A stretch of 64,000 nucleotides of DNA. It comes from a bacterium (GTDB lineage Bacteria > Zhuqueibacterota > Zhuqueibacteria > Residuimicrobiales > Krinioviventaceae). The position numbers and the translations under genes are program-made. Where the stretch lies: NCBI GenBank assembly GCA_963674595.2, contig CAXXFV010000006.1:317219-381218 (forward strand). Reading direction: 5' to 3'. Of the stretch, positions 54,252 through 64,000 are shown one piece after another (positions within the stretch are counted from its first letter, which is position 1; every line of letters begins with the position of its first letter). The notes beneath the pieces were generated by a model. The model was not told the DNA's origin. It worked only from the letters and a program-made list of their open reading frames with translations, and ran no database searches.

Positions 54252-55708
54252 TGGGAACACTTTTACTACTTTTAATACTCTTTCCGGCATGCGGTGCTGT
54301 TTTTGCCGGCCTTTTACGAAAACGATTTAGTGATCTCATTGCTGTTGTATCGACTGTGGGTATGTTTATCGTTGGTGTTGTTATTATTTTATCGACACCC
54401 CTCTATCGGACTGTCACCAGTTTACCCATTTCGCTTCCCTGGTTGGAAAATGTTGGTGTCAAAGGACTGTTTGGCTATCAGCTTGATCCGTTGGGTTTTA
54501 TTCTTTTGATTGTGGTTATTACACTGGGATTGCTGGTTATTTTATTTGCTACCGGATATCTGAGTCAAAAGAATAAAGAACATCCGTCAACAGAAGGTAA
54601 AGAACGACATCACTTTTGGATGCTGCTTTTTATAGCCTCTATGATTGGTATTGCCATTTCTCCAAATTTTTTACAACTGTATATCTTTTGGGAAATGACA
54701 ACACTTTGTTCATGGGCGCTTATATCTCATTATCGAAATGAAGAATCGTTAAAAGCCGGTTTTAAAGCGTTATTGATGACCTTTTCCGGTGGATTGTTTT
54801 TTGCCATTGCTTTGGTCATTTTATTTGTAAACACAAAGAGTTTTGATTTTTCCGCACTCGGATTGCTGTCACCGAAATTACAAACCTGGATGTTTATTCT
54901 ATTACTCATAGCAGCCTGGGCAAAATCGGCCCAAATCCCATTTTATACATGGCTTCCTGATGCCATGGCCGCACCGACAACTGTTTCCATGTATTTACAT
55001 GCGGCTGCCATGGTTAAAGCCGGTGTATTTCTGATAGCACGAACAGCCGTTGCCAATAGTACGTTATCTTTTGGCAGTGGTTTACTGGTTGGTATTATGG
55101 CTTCGTTGACCATGCTTGTTTCCCTTTTCATGTTCTTTTATCAGGATGACCTGAAACGGCTTTTGGCCTATTCAACCATTGCTCATTTGGCCTATATTCT
55201 GTTTGGTATCGGTATCGGAATAATGGGCTCAAAAACCGCTCTTGCCGGCGGAATTATGCATATTATCAATCACGGAATTGGTAAAGGTTTATTGTTTTTA
55301 TGTGTTGGGGCCATAGCCTATTCAACCGGTACACGGAGCATAAACGCTCTAAGCGGTTTAATAAAAACCGCCCCCATAACCAGTATTGCATTTATTGTCG
55401 GCATGCTGGCTATTTTAGGTGTCCCGCCGTTTTCAGGATTCTGGAGCAAATTTTATCTACTGGTTGGTACGATTGAGTTGGGCGGATTGCCCGGATATCT
55501 GTTGCTGATACCATTTTTACTGGAAATCATTGTTGCCTTTGGCTGGTTTTTACATGTCGGGCATCGTGTCTTTTTCGGACCGGTTTCAGAAGATGCCGCA
55601 CAGGCTTCGCCTTTACCTTTTGTGATGAATTTTGTTTTAATTGTTTTGGTCATATTAACATTAGTTGTGCCATATATCGGTTTAACATTGGTTAAATATT
55701 TGAACTGA
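54251..55708 (+). CDS. Antiporter-like membrane subunit (HyfD/NuoL-like)
   Basis: FWEMTT, KSAQIPFYTWLPDAMAAPTTVSMYLHAAAMVKAG, LKRLLAYST and HGIGKGLLFL. Confidence 0.88.
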   Translation: MGTLLLLLILFPACGAVFAGLLRKRFSDLIAVVSTVGMFIVGVVIILSTPLYRTVTSLPISLPWLENVGVKGLFGYQLDPLGFILLIVVITLGLLVILFATGYLSQKNKEHPSTEGKERHHFWMLLFIASMIGIAISPNFLQLYIFWEMTTLCSWALISHYRNEESLKAGFKALLMTFSGGLFFAIALVILFVNTKSFDFSALGLLSPKLQTWMFILLLIAAWAKSAQIPFYTWLPDAMAAPTTVSMYLHAAAMVKAGVFLIARTAVANSTLSFGSGLLVGIMASLTMLVSLFMFFYQDDLKRLLAYSTIAHLAYILFGIGIGIMGSKTALAGGIMHIINHGIGKGLLFLCVGAIAYSTGTRSINALSGLIKTAPITSIAFIVGMLAILGVPPFSGFWSKFYLLVGTIELGGLPGYLLLIPFLLEIIVAFGWFLHVGHRVFFGPVSEDAAQASPLPFVMNFVLIVLVILTLVVPYIGLTLVKYLN

Positions 55709-55732
55709 GTTATCCTTTAAGGGAGCTGTTTA

Positions 55733-57802
55733 ATGGACCTTGTATTAACATTCGAAATATCTATTCTTATTTTACTCATAGGTTCAGTTATTACTTTTTT
55801 CATGGGTAAACACCGAAAATCTATCGGTTTGATTGCCCTGAGTTTTATGACGCTTGCGGCTGTAGGTATATATTATGTTGTTATAAATGTATTTCTTAAC
55901 GGTCCCGCAGAATCTTTATCGTTATGGACAGTTCCTATTCTTGATTCTTCCCTGGTTTTAAAAATTGATCATCTCAGCGCATTATTCCTTGCCATTATTG
56001 CTTTGGTCAGTGTTCTGGTTTCTCTTTATTCTTTGAAATTTATGAATCTTGAAGATTTTAAAGAGTATAGCCTTAGGGGCTATTATCCGATCTTACTTTT
56101 ATTTTTTGCCGGTGTCATGTGTGTTGTAACCGTAACCGACATGTTTTTCTTTTTCATTTTTTGGGAAGTTATGACAATGGCGTCATACTTTATGGTTATT
56201 TTTCAAAAACGTGAAAAGAAAAATTTACAGGCCGGATTCAAATACTTTTTTATCACACATGTTGCCACGGCTCTTTTATTTATTGCTTCGATTATTTTGT
56301 TTTCCAAAGGCGGATCATTCGCTTTTGATAAAATGAGTGAAACCATGCAGATGATGGCAACACAGCATTCCGGTTTGCTGCATCTGGTATTATTGTTTTT
56401 CTTTCTTGGATTTGCCACCAAAGCCGGTATCCTGCCGATGGGAGACTGGCTGCCGGATGCTTATCCTGCTGCACCGGCTCCTGCCTCCGCTGCATTTGCC
56501 GGAAGCATGACCAAGCTGGGTATTTACGGTATTGTTCGCATTTTTTGTGACATTTTACCTGCTTCTTCATATTCAAACATTTGGGGTATCATTATAGCCA
56601 TCATGGGTACAGTTTCCATTTTTGTCGGTACGGTTACCGCTTTAGTCCAGAATGATTCAAAACGATTGCTTTCATTCCATGTTATCGGGCAGATGGGGTA
56701 TATGTTTTTGGGTATCGGTATTGGTGTGGCTTTTATGGCCACCAATCCTGTTATTGCGATTGTAGCAATAGGCGCCGGTATATTTCACCTGGTTAACCAT
56801 GTCTGTTATAAATCTTGTCTGTTTTTCAATGCCGGTTCAGTTTATTACAAAGTCGGCACACAGGATTTAAATAAAATCGGCGGTCTTTACAGTCTTATGC
56901 CTTTAACAGCCATAACCACAATTATTGCTTCTCTGGCAATTGCCGGTATTCCTCCGTTTAGTGGATTTTCCAGTAAATGGCTGATATACCAGGCTTCCGT
57001 TAAAGCCGGTTTGTCCAATCCTTTGATGATTGCGTTGGGAATTTGTGCATTGTTTATATCCGCTGTAACACTGGCCTCGTTTATAAAATTTTTCAGTTCC
57101 ATGTATTTTGGCAAGTATGCTGATAATAACAGTAATGCGGTTAAAGGTGATGTACCGTTAAGCATGAAAATTCCTCAAATTGTGCTGGCATTTTTGTGTG
57201 TATTTTTTGGTGTTTTGCCTATGTTGCCGATTCATATTGTTTTCAGTGCACTGGAACCGATTTTAAAACAAAATGTGATAACTTTTACAGGATTGTATGG
57301 TGCCGGAACCATGGGTGGAATTACCTTAAATTTTGGTAATGGTGTTTTTGCCGCCTGGAACCCTGTTCTGATTTTAATTGTGGCTTTTATTTGCCTGGCA
57401 ATATCATTTTTCTTTTTCAGAGCAGGTAAAGCGCCAAGACGCCAGGTAGATACATGGTATTGTGGAGAACTTCACGATCCGGAAGAAGTTCGATATGAAG
57501 CACATAACTTTTATTTGCCCTTTAAAAAATTATTTCGGTTAAGAATCGGTCAGTATGAACAGGAGGGAATATATCCCAAAATCACGATTCCTAAATTGTC
57601 TTTAACAAATAAAAACATACTTTACCGATTGGCCCAGATTGATGAATGGTTTTACCAACCGTTGGTAAATAAATTCTTAAAATGTGTCAGGTCGTTTAGC
57701 GCATTGCATTCCGGTATTCCGCATATTTATCTATTGTGGCTTGTATTAGGAGCAATTGCTGCTGTTATTGTTTTATTTACATTATCAGCTAATGGAGTTT
57801 GA
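55733..57802 (+). CDS. Antiporter-like membrane subunit (HyfB/HycC-like)
   Basis: 689 aa with FWEVM, WLPDAYPAAP, KRLLSFH, NHVCYK, PPFSGFSSKW and WYCG. Confidence 0.88.
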   Translation: MDLVLTFEISILILLIGSVITFFMGKHRKSIGLIALSFMTLAAVGIYYVVINVFLNGPAESLSLWTVPILDSSLVLKIDHLSALFLAIIALVSVLVSLYSLKFMNLEDFKEYSLRGYYPILLLFFAGVMCVVTVTDMFFFFIFWEVMTMASYFMVIFQKREKKNLQAGFKYFFITHVATALLFIASIILFSKGGSFAFDKMSETMQMMATQHSGLLHLVLLFFFLGFATKAGILPMGDWLPDAYPAAPAPASAAFAGSMTKLGIYGIVRIFCDILPASSYSNIWGIIIAIMGTVSIFVGTVTALVQNDSKRLLSFHVIGQMGYMFLGIGIGVAFMATNPVIAIVAIGAGIFHLVNHVCYKSCLFFNAGSVYYKVGTQDLNKIGGLYSLMPLTAITTIIASLAIAGIPPFSGFSSKWLIYQASVKAGLSNPLMIALGICALFISAVTLASFIKFFSSMYFGKYADNNSNAVKGDVPLSMKIPQIVLAFLCVFFGVLPMLPIHIVFSALEPILKQNVITFTGLYGAGTMGGITLNFGNGVFAAWNPVLILIVAFICLAISFFFFRAGKAPRRQVDTWYCGELHDPEEVRYEAHNFYLPFKKLFRLRIGQYEQEGIYPKITIPKLSLTNKNILYRLAQIDEWFYQPLVNKFLKCVRSFSALHSGIPHIYLLWLVLGAIAAVIVLFTLSANGV

Positions 57803-57839
57803 TAAACAGGTCCATACCTTTTCTTCGGAGGAATAATCA

Positions 57840-59519
57840 TTGACATTAAATGAATTAAAATCAAATCTCTATGATAATTTCAAATCCACTATAGAGGAAT
57901 CTTCAATTCCTTGTCCGACGATGCTCCTTGTTACGGTGTCCAGAGAAAACGCCGTTTCTATTATACAACATATATTCCATAAAATTAACGGCCGTTTTGT
58001 TGTTTGTGTCGGGACCGATTATCGTGATGCTGATGGGGATTATCTTGTTGATTATGTTTTTGCTTTTGCACAGGACCATTTATTTTTAACTGTCAGACTT
58101 CCCATCCCGTCCAATGACCTTTGGTTTCATGCTGTAACCGGAGATGCCGATATTCCGGGAGCTAACTGGGCGGAAAGAGAAGTGCAGGATTTATTAGGAA
58201 TTAAATTAAAAAATCATCCGGACCCCCGCAGGCTTGTCTTATCAGATGACTGGCCTGAAAATTTACATCCTTTAAGACGTGATGTTCCTTATGATATACA
58301 TCCGCCGAGCAAACCTGAAAATGCCGTACCGTTAAAAAAGAAACCGGAAGGATCAACGGTTGTTCCAATCGGACCGTTTTTTCCGGTTTTGGAAGAACCT
58401 GCTTATTTCCGATTGTTTGTTGAGGGTGAAAAAGTGGTTGGCGGCGATTACCGTGGTTTTTACAGTCATCGGGGTATCGAAAAAATTGCCGACAGCCAGT
58501 TGAATTATAACCAGGTACCGTTCCTTGCGGAACGTATATGCGGTATATGAGGCTCGGTACACAGTACGGCGTACTGTCAAGCAGTCGAAATGGCGGGGGA
58601 GATTCAGGTACCAAAAAGAGCAGAGTTTATTCGTGTTATTCTATTAGAACTGGAACGCATTCACAGTCATTTGTTATGGCTGGGAATTGCAGGTCATATT
58701 ATTGGATTTGATACGGTGCTTATGCAAGCCTGGCGTGTACGGGAACCGGTCATGTGGCTATGTGAGAAAATTACCGGTAACCGGAAACTGTTGGGAATGA
58801 ACCTTGTCGGGGGCGTTCGGAGAGATGTCCCAAAATCCATACATGAGGAATGTCAACAGGTATTACAAAAAGTAGAGCGCGAAACACAAGCGATTATAAA
58901 CGCTGTTATTGATGACACCACTTTGAAAATGCGTTGTGAAAACGTAGGCATTCTTAAACATTCGGACGTTATTGCCTATTCACTATTGGGACCGACAGCC
59001 AGAGCATCGGGTGTTGCCTGGGACATCCGCGCAGATCATCCCTATGCCGCTTACCCTGAAGTTGGCTGCAATGTTATCGTAGAAACGGGTGAGGATATCT
59101 GGTCCCGGGTTTTAGTACGATTAAAGGAAACACTGGAATCTGTCAGGGAAGTTCGTGATGCATTATCCATGATGCCGGATGGACCAATTATGGCGGATAT
59201 AAGACAACCCATTCCTCCCGGTAAAATCGGTTTATCATCTGTTGAAGCCCCACGTGGTGAAACACATCACTTTGTTATTACCGGTGAGGACAATCGTCCA
59301 TACCGCTGGAAGGCCCGCGCCCCAACGTTTCAAAACCTGCAGGGCATTCCTGTTATGATTGCCGGAGAAACAGTTGCAGATGTTCCCATTGGTTTGGGCA
59401 GCATTGATCCCTGTTTTTCCTGTACGGAACGGCTCGAAACGGTTGATATCAAATCAGGTAAAATCAAAGTTTATTCGAAATCGGAATTGTTTGCACTATC
59501 ACGAAATAAAAACAAATAA
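57840..59519 (+). CDS. Group 4 [NiFe]-hydrogenase large subunit (HycE/HyfG-like NuoC-D fusion, 559 aa) with in-frame TGA at 58548-58550 (putative Sec237)
   Basis: ORFs 57840..58550 and 58590..59519 are in the same frame. The read-through gives ERICGI-(TGA)-GSVHSTAYCQAVE (L1 motif). The L2 motif DPCFSCTER is followed by a cleavable extension. Confidence 0.9.
58551..58582 (+). promoter_or_regulatory. Putative bacterial SECIS hairpin
   Basis: Perfect 7-bp stem ACAGTAC-GGC-GTACTGT with a G-led apical loop beginning 18 nt after the TGA. A lower GCT/AGC pairing is possible. Confidence 0.65.
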
Positions 59520-59530
59520 TTGAAATATGA

Positions 59531-60466
59531 ATGGGAATTGATATTTCTATGGAAATTATTACACATAAAATGATTTTACTCGCGTTGTTCAATTTAACGC
59601 TGGTCATATTTTTATCTCCTTTACTTGAGGGGATTGTTAGAAAAGTGATTGCATTTGTCCATTCCCGAATCGGACCGCCTGTATATCAGCCCTATTTGGA
59701 TATTTTAAAACTGCTGGGTAAGGAAGAAATAGACAGTTCTTCACATATTTTATTTAGGACCAGTGCTGTATTTGCATTTGCTTCTGTGTTGACAACGGCG
59801 GTACTTGTACCGATTGGTGCTATTCCGCCGTTATATGCCGGTGGTGAAATTCTGGTTTTTATGTACATCATTACTTTTTCCGCTATCATGGTCATCATGA
59901 GCGGCGTTACCTCGGCGAGCCCGTTCAGTATAATCGGTGCATCCAGAGAGATGATGATGATTTTAACCGTTGAGCCGGTCATTGTTATTGCTCTCATTAC
60001 CGCCGCAGTTAAAGCAAATTCCATGCAGTTTGGTGATATTATCAATTACCAGGTTCAACATGGAACGTCAATTTCCATGATTATTGTTGGTGTGGTACTC
60101 TTTTTGTCCATTGTCGCACAACTGGCCCGTTTGCCGTTTGATATTGTGGAAGCTGATCAGGAAATTATGGAAGGACCGTTTATCGAGCAAAGCGGGCCCA
60201 AACTGGCGCTTTTTAAATGGACCTTTTATGCCAAGCAGTTTATTTTTGCTTCGCTGTTTGTTTCTATTTTTATTCCATGGCTGCACTCTGGTAACTTTTT
60301 ACTGAATCTGTTATTTACATTCTTAAAAATTCTTGTTTTACTTTTGCTGGTTGGAGTTGTCCACGTTGTTAATCCTCGTTTGCGAATTGATCAAAGCATC
60401 CGTTATTTTTTGATTTTAATTTTCGTAGCATCCATCGGATTGGCATTTGCGCTGATAGGATCATAA
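59531..60466 (+). CDS. HyfC/HycD (NuoH-like) membrane subunit
   Basis: SRIGPPVYQPYLDILKLLGKE, GASRE and RLPFDIVEADQEIMEGP. Confidence 0.9.
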   Translation: MGIDISMEIITHKMILLALFNLTLVIFLSPLLEGIVRKVIAFVHSRIGPPVYQPYLDILKLLGKEEIDSSSHILFRTSAVFAFASVLTTAVLVPIGAIPPLYAGGEILVFMYIITFSAIMVIMSGVTSASPFSIIGASREMMMILTVEPVIVIALITAAVKANSMQFGDIINYQVQHGTSISMIIVGVVLFLSIVAQLARLPFDIVEADQEIMEGPFIEQSGPKLALFKWTFYAKQFIFASLFVSIFIPWLHSGNFLLNLLFTFLKILVLLLLVGVVHVVNPRLRIDQSIRYFLILIFVASIGLAFALIGS

Positions 60467-60488
60467 GCATATATCACAGGATAAATGT

Positions 60489-60983
60489 ATGTTCAAATCA
60501 AAAATTAAAGAAGCCATTATCTGTTTTTCAAATCCGAGAGTAACACTTCCATATCCATTCGGAGAAGGTGCTGAGGTTGCTGACGGTTTTCGTGGTAAAC
60601 TTGATATTGATGAACAAAAATGCGTTGGGTGTGGAGGATGCGGTAATGTCTGTCCTTCACGGTGTATCCGGTTTACCGATGATGGTGATAAAACGCGTAT
60701 GGAGTTTATCCTCGACCGGTGCACTTATTGCGGACGATGTGCCGAAGTGTGCCCGGAAGAAGCGATTACAATGACCAAACAGTTCGAAACATCTACAACA
60801 GATAAAACCGATTTGTACATTGAACAGGAAATTTATATGGCTACCTGTGCACGATGCGGAAGATGTTTTGAAACGGAAAATGCCATTGATAAAATTCCGA
60901 CACGCCGACACCGTGCAGGCCGGAATTATGTCGGGCCGTCAATGCCTTTTGGCGCTCCGCCGCTTGAGGAGGACAAGTCATGA
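60489..60983 (+). CDS. HyfH/HycF (NuoI-like) 2x[4Fe-4S] subunit
   Basis: T.PYPF, FRGK, CVGCGGCGNVCP, CTYCGRCAEVCP and an extra CARC. Confidence 0.9.
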   Translation: MFKSKIKEAIICFSNPRVTLPYPFGEGAEVADGFRGKLDIDEQKCVGCGGCGNVCPSRCIRFTDDGDKTRMEFILDRCTYCGRCAEVCPEEAITMTKQFETSTTDKTDLYIEQEIYMATCARCGRCFETENAIDKIPTRRHRAGRNYVGPSMPFGAPPLEEDKS

Positions 60984-61646
60984 CGGAACAAACTTTGATC
61001 ACTTTAACGTTAGGTATTCTTGTCGCTTCTATTGCGGCTGTGGAAATAAGAAACTTGCGCACGACTTGTTTTGCTTATTTAATACATTCTGTTTTTCTAT
61101 GTTGCATTATCATCTGTTATGCTTATCTGAAAGATAATCACAGTTTGTATTTATGGTCGTTGACATGTTTTATTACCAAAGTTGTTATCGTTCCATTTAT
61201 ACTGTTGCGATTTGTTAAAAAAGTGCCGCAAAAAGAACATCAGCCAATTATCGGCGGCGGACTTTCGATTCTTATTGTTACTATCCTGATGGTTGTATTT
61301 TTTCAATTGTTCAAAAAATACATTTACTTTTTAGCGCCGACAGAGGCCGCCCAATTGGAACCGGTCAGGAGTTTACTGGCAGGTGCCTTTACCATTTTTT
61401 CATTAGGACTGTGGGCGTTGCTTACAAGAAGAGATGCCTTAAAAAACCGTTATCGGACTGGCATTGCTTGAAAATGGTGTCCATCTTGTATTATTAGCAC
61501 TGACACCACAATTAAAAGAAACGACAATGATAGGTATTTTAACCAATGTTGTCGGCGTGGTTTTGATTCTTTTATATCTAAGTACGACAATTTACCAGGT
61601 TTTTGGATCCATGGATACAGTTAAACTATCAGAGCTGAAGAGATAA
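60980..61646 (+). CDS. HyfE-like membrane subunit; +1 indel at 61441-61446
   Basis: Hydrophobic protein with TKVVIVP. The corrected junction RRDALKTVIGLALLENGVHL joins 60980..61471 and 61464..61646. Confidence 0.82.
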
Positions 61647-61656
61647 GAGGTTAACT

Positions 61657-63174
61657 ATGGCTGAACCTATTCAGTCTCAATTACCATTGGTATTGATTTT
61701 ACTACCGATTTTTGGTGCAATTTTTACAATTCTGTTCGGTTATTCCAAATTCAAAAATGGCCGAGAAATAAGCACCCTTGTCATTCTGATTATTGAATTC
61801 GTCATTGCAATTCGTGTCGGAATACTGGTTTTTGGCGGACAAACACTAAAAGCTTTAGGCAATGCTATTTTTGTTGATGGTTTAAGCGCTCTCATGATTG
61901 TGCTGGTTGATGGTATGGTGATACTGATTGCGCTGCAATCTATAAAATACATGAGGCACGAGCAGGAAAAAGGAATCGTCAGCGAAGGGCGGTTAACACT
62001 TTATTATGCGCTTATTCTGCTTTTTACCGGTACGATGAACTGGACCGTAAGCACCAATCATATGGTGATGTTATATGTTGCCATGGAAGGGACAACGCTT
62101 GCCACGGCTTTACTGGTCGCTTTTTATCGGAAAAAAGCATCCCTGGAGGCCGGCTATAAATACGTTTTACTGGTCGTCGTCGGTATAACGTTTGCTTTAT
62201 TCGGTATCGTTCTTATCTTTGCAGCGGCATATCCTCATTTAAAAGTAGGTTCTCACGCACTGTTATTGACAGAAATTGGCAAAGTAGTTACACTCATTCC
62301 GAAAAATATTGCTTTGCTTGGTATCGCCTTTATGACCATCGGTTTTGCCACCAAAGCCGGACTTGTACCTTTTCATGCGTGGCTGCCGGATGCTCACTCG
62401 GAAGCGCCGTCACCGATTAGTGCTTTATTATCCGGGTTGATTATAAAAATCGGTGCCTATGCACTGGCACGAACCGTTACAATTTTTGCTCCTACATATC
62501 ATTCCGTCATTATCTTTATTGCCATTCTCAGTTCAGCCAGTATGCTCATTGGAATATTGATGGCTATAGTTCAGGATGATTTAAAACGAATGCTTGCCTT
62601 TTCAAGTGTCAGCCAAATCAGCTATGTATTTGAAGGCCTTGGCCTGGGAACATATTTGGGAATCTATGGCGGGCTGTTTCATCTGGTTAATCATACCATA
62701 ATCAAAGCCCTGCTGTTTATGAGCGTAGGCGCTGTTATGTATGCCACCGGTGGAATGAGGAAAATTTCAGAGCTTGGCGGATTGGCAAAAAAAATGCCGA
62801 TTACTGCATTTTGTTTTATTGTCGGTGCACTTGCAATTGGCGGCCTGCCGCCTTTTAACGGATTTATGAGTAAATTTACCATATTTTTAGCTATTGGTGA
62901 AGAACATATTTATTGGGCCCTTGTTATCTCTATTATTACCGGTGTGCTAACATTGGCTTGTCTTGTATGGGCTGCCTATCGTGTTTTTTGGCAGGCTCCG
63001 GCTAAAAAAACCGAACAATATGACAACATTAAAGAAGTTCCGCCATTAGTTTATATCAGTCTTGTTATTTTAGCCGCTTTATGTATTGTTATCGGTATAT
63101 ATCCGCAAATATTACACCCAATGCTGGACCATGCTACAAATGCTGTACTGGCCATTTGGGCTGCGGGTCAATAA
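61657..63174 (+). CDS. Antiporter-like membrane subunit (HyfF-like)
   Basis: MEGTTLAT, SLEAGYKY, HAWLPDAHSEAPSPISALLSG and LKRMLAFSS. Confidence 0.88.
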   Translation: MAEPIQSQLPLVLILLPIFGAIFTILFGYSKFKNGREISTLVILIIEFVIAIRVGILVFGGQTLKALGNAIFVDGLSALMIVLVDGMVILIALQSIKYMRHEQEKGIVSEGRLTLYYALILLFTGTMNWTVSTNHMVMLYVAMEGTTLATALLVAFYRKKASLEAGYKYVLLVVVGITFALFGIVLIFAAAYPHLKVGSHALLLTEIGKVVTLIPKNIALLGIAFMTIGFATKAGLVPFHAWLPDAHSEAPSPISALLSGLIIKIGAYALARTVTIFAPTYHSVIIFIAILSSASMLIGILMAIVQDDLKRMLAFSSVSQISYVFEGLGLGTYLGIYGGLFHLVNHTIIKALLFMSVGAVMYATGGMRKISELGGLAKKMPITAFCFIVGALAIGGLPPFNGFMSKFTIFLAIGEEHIYWALVISIITGVLTLACLVWAAYRVFWQAPAKKTEQYDNIKEVPPLVYISLVILAALCIVIGIYPQILHPMLDHATNAVLAIWAAGQ

Positions 63175-63195
63175 AAATAAACGAACAGGTTTACT

Positions 63196-63693
63196 ATGTT
63201 AAAAAAACTATGTGCAAAAGCATTTCCCAAATCTCTTTGGGTATACCACACCAATTGTTCTGCCTGCAATGGTTGTGACATTGAAATTATAAATGTATTA
63301 ACACCTTATTATGATGCAGAACGATTTGGTATAAAATTGGTTGGATCTCCCCGTCATGCCGATGTGCTGTTGGTAACCGGAGGAGTCAGTCGTCAGGTTG
63401 CCCCGTCTGTAAAACGGCTATATGAGGCAACCCCAAATCCTAAACTTGTTTTTGCCATAGGTTCCTGTGCATGTGGCGGCGATGTATTTTACGATAGTTA
63501 TAATATGTACGGCGCTGTAGACAAAGCCATACCGGTTGATTATTATATTCCGGGCTGTCCTCCCAGACCGGAAGCCATTCTATATGGTGTAGCTGTTGCT
63601 CTGGGGCTTGCACCGAAACAGGTTGAAAAAAAGATTAAAAATGATTTTCCTTTATCTGAACAAATCGACGTACCAATGTTTAATGAATTATAA
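63196..63693 (+). CDS. Hydrogenase small subunit (HyfI/HycG, NuoB-like)
   Basis: CNGCDIE, SPRHAD, GSCACGG and IPGCPPRP. Confidence 0.92.
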   Translation: MLKKLCAKAFPKSLWVYHTNCSACNGCDIEIINVLTPYYDAERFGIKLVGSPRHADVLLVTGGVSRQVAPSVKRLYEATPNPKLVFAIGSCACGGDVFYDSYNMYGAVDKAIPVDYYIPGCPPRPEAILYGVAVALGLAPKQVEKKIKNDFPLSEQIDVPMFNEL

Positions 63694-63715
63694 AAACCTT
63701 AGATGTGTTGGTTCA

Positions 63716-63753
63716 TAAGGTGCATGTTCAAACGGATATGCACCTTTTTATTT
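63716..63753 (+). terminator. Rho-independent terminator of the hydrogenase operon
   Basis: AAGGTGCAT...ATGCACCTT stem followed by a T-rich tail. Confidence 0.75.
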
Positions 63754-63841
63754 ATTGCGTCATATAGAACAAATTATTAACTTAATTATACAGTTTTGCG
63801 GGTATTTGACTAAATTTTTCATTATCCAAAGGCCTTTGGTT

Positions 63842-64000
63842 ATGCCTGTTGTCCAAACTATTCAAGACAGGTGCAGGAGGTGTTACTCGTGTGTGCGCCA
63901 TTGCCCATCCAAAGCTATACGTATTGAACATGGGCAGGCAATGGTTATCCAGGAAAGGTGTATCGGCTGCGGCAGATGTGTTAAAGTATGTTCCCAAAAG
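63842..64000 (+). CDS. 2x[4Fe-4S] N-terminus of a protein resembling sensory [FeFe]-hydrogenase (HydS-like) regulators; 3'-truncated, absent from ORF track
   Basis: MPVVQTIQDRCRRCYSCVRHCPSKAIRIEHGQAMVIQERCIGCGRCVKVCSQK..., open to the window end. Confidence 0.7.
   Translation, partial: MPVVQTIQDRCRRCYSCVRHCPSKAIRIEHGQAMVIQERCIGCGRCVKVCSQK

Noticed and set aside
58548-58550. Genome-wide UGA reassignment (code 4/25) as the explanation for the in-frame TGA
   Set aside because: TGA is the natural stop of several complete genes here (ending 4532, 24600, 27890, 55708 and 57802), and the codon aligns to a Cys, not Trp or Gly.
63782-63997. Minus-strand 71-aa ORF from the track
   Set aside because: It is the antisense shadow of the + strand 4Fe-4S ORF starting at 63842.

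Overview
AT-rich bacterial chromosomal segment from a probably anaerobic diderm. The gene content suggests an FCB-like lineage such as KSB1 or Calditrichota, which is inference only. The sequence carries long-read-type errors: nine single-base indels in base runs split eight genes, eight of the indels lying in the first 15 kb. The left and middle parts hold housekeeping and metabolic genes (der, amn, hppA, sucCD, gdhA, argGH, YifB/ComM, 6S RNA). They also hold a superoxide reductase / pentaheme cytochrome / Cyc2-like cytochrome-porin cluster, a ZraPSR-like sigma54 module driving a Ca-binding-repeat exported protein, and a gdh / dikinase-receiver / gdh locus. An intact IS3-family element lies at 48223-49619. 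The most striking part is the 49.9-63.7 kb operon, a Hyf/Hyc-like group 4 [NiFe] hydrogenase. Its large subunit has an in-frame TGA exactly at the second, Ni-Fe bridging Cys of the N-terminal RxCGxC motif, followed by a SECIS-like hairpin, which suggests selenocysteine at a non-canonical position. The operon also encodes an FdhF homologue that has lost all three catalytic residues and an AsrA/AsrB (HydB/HydG)-like NAD(P)H module.
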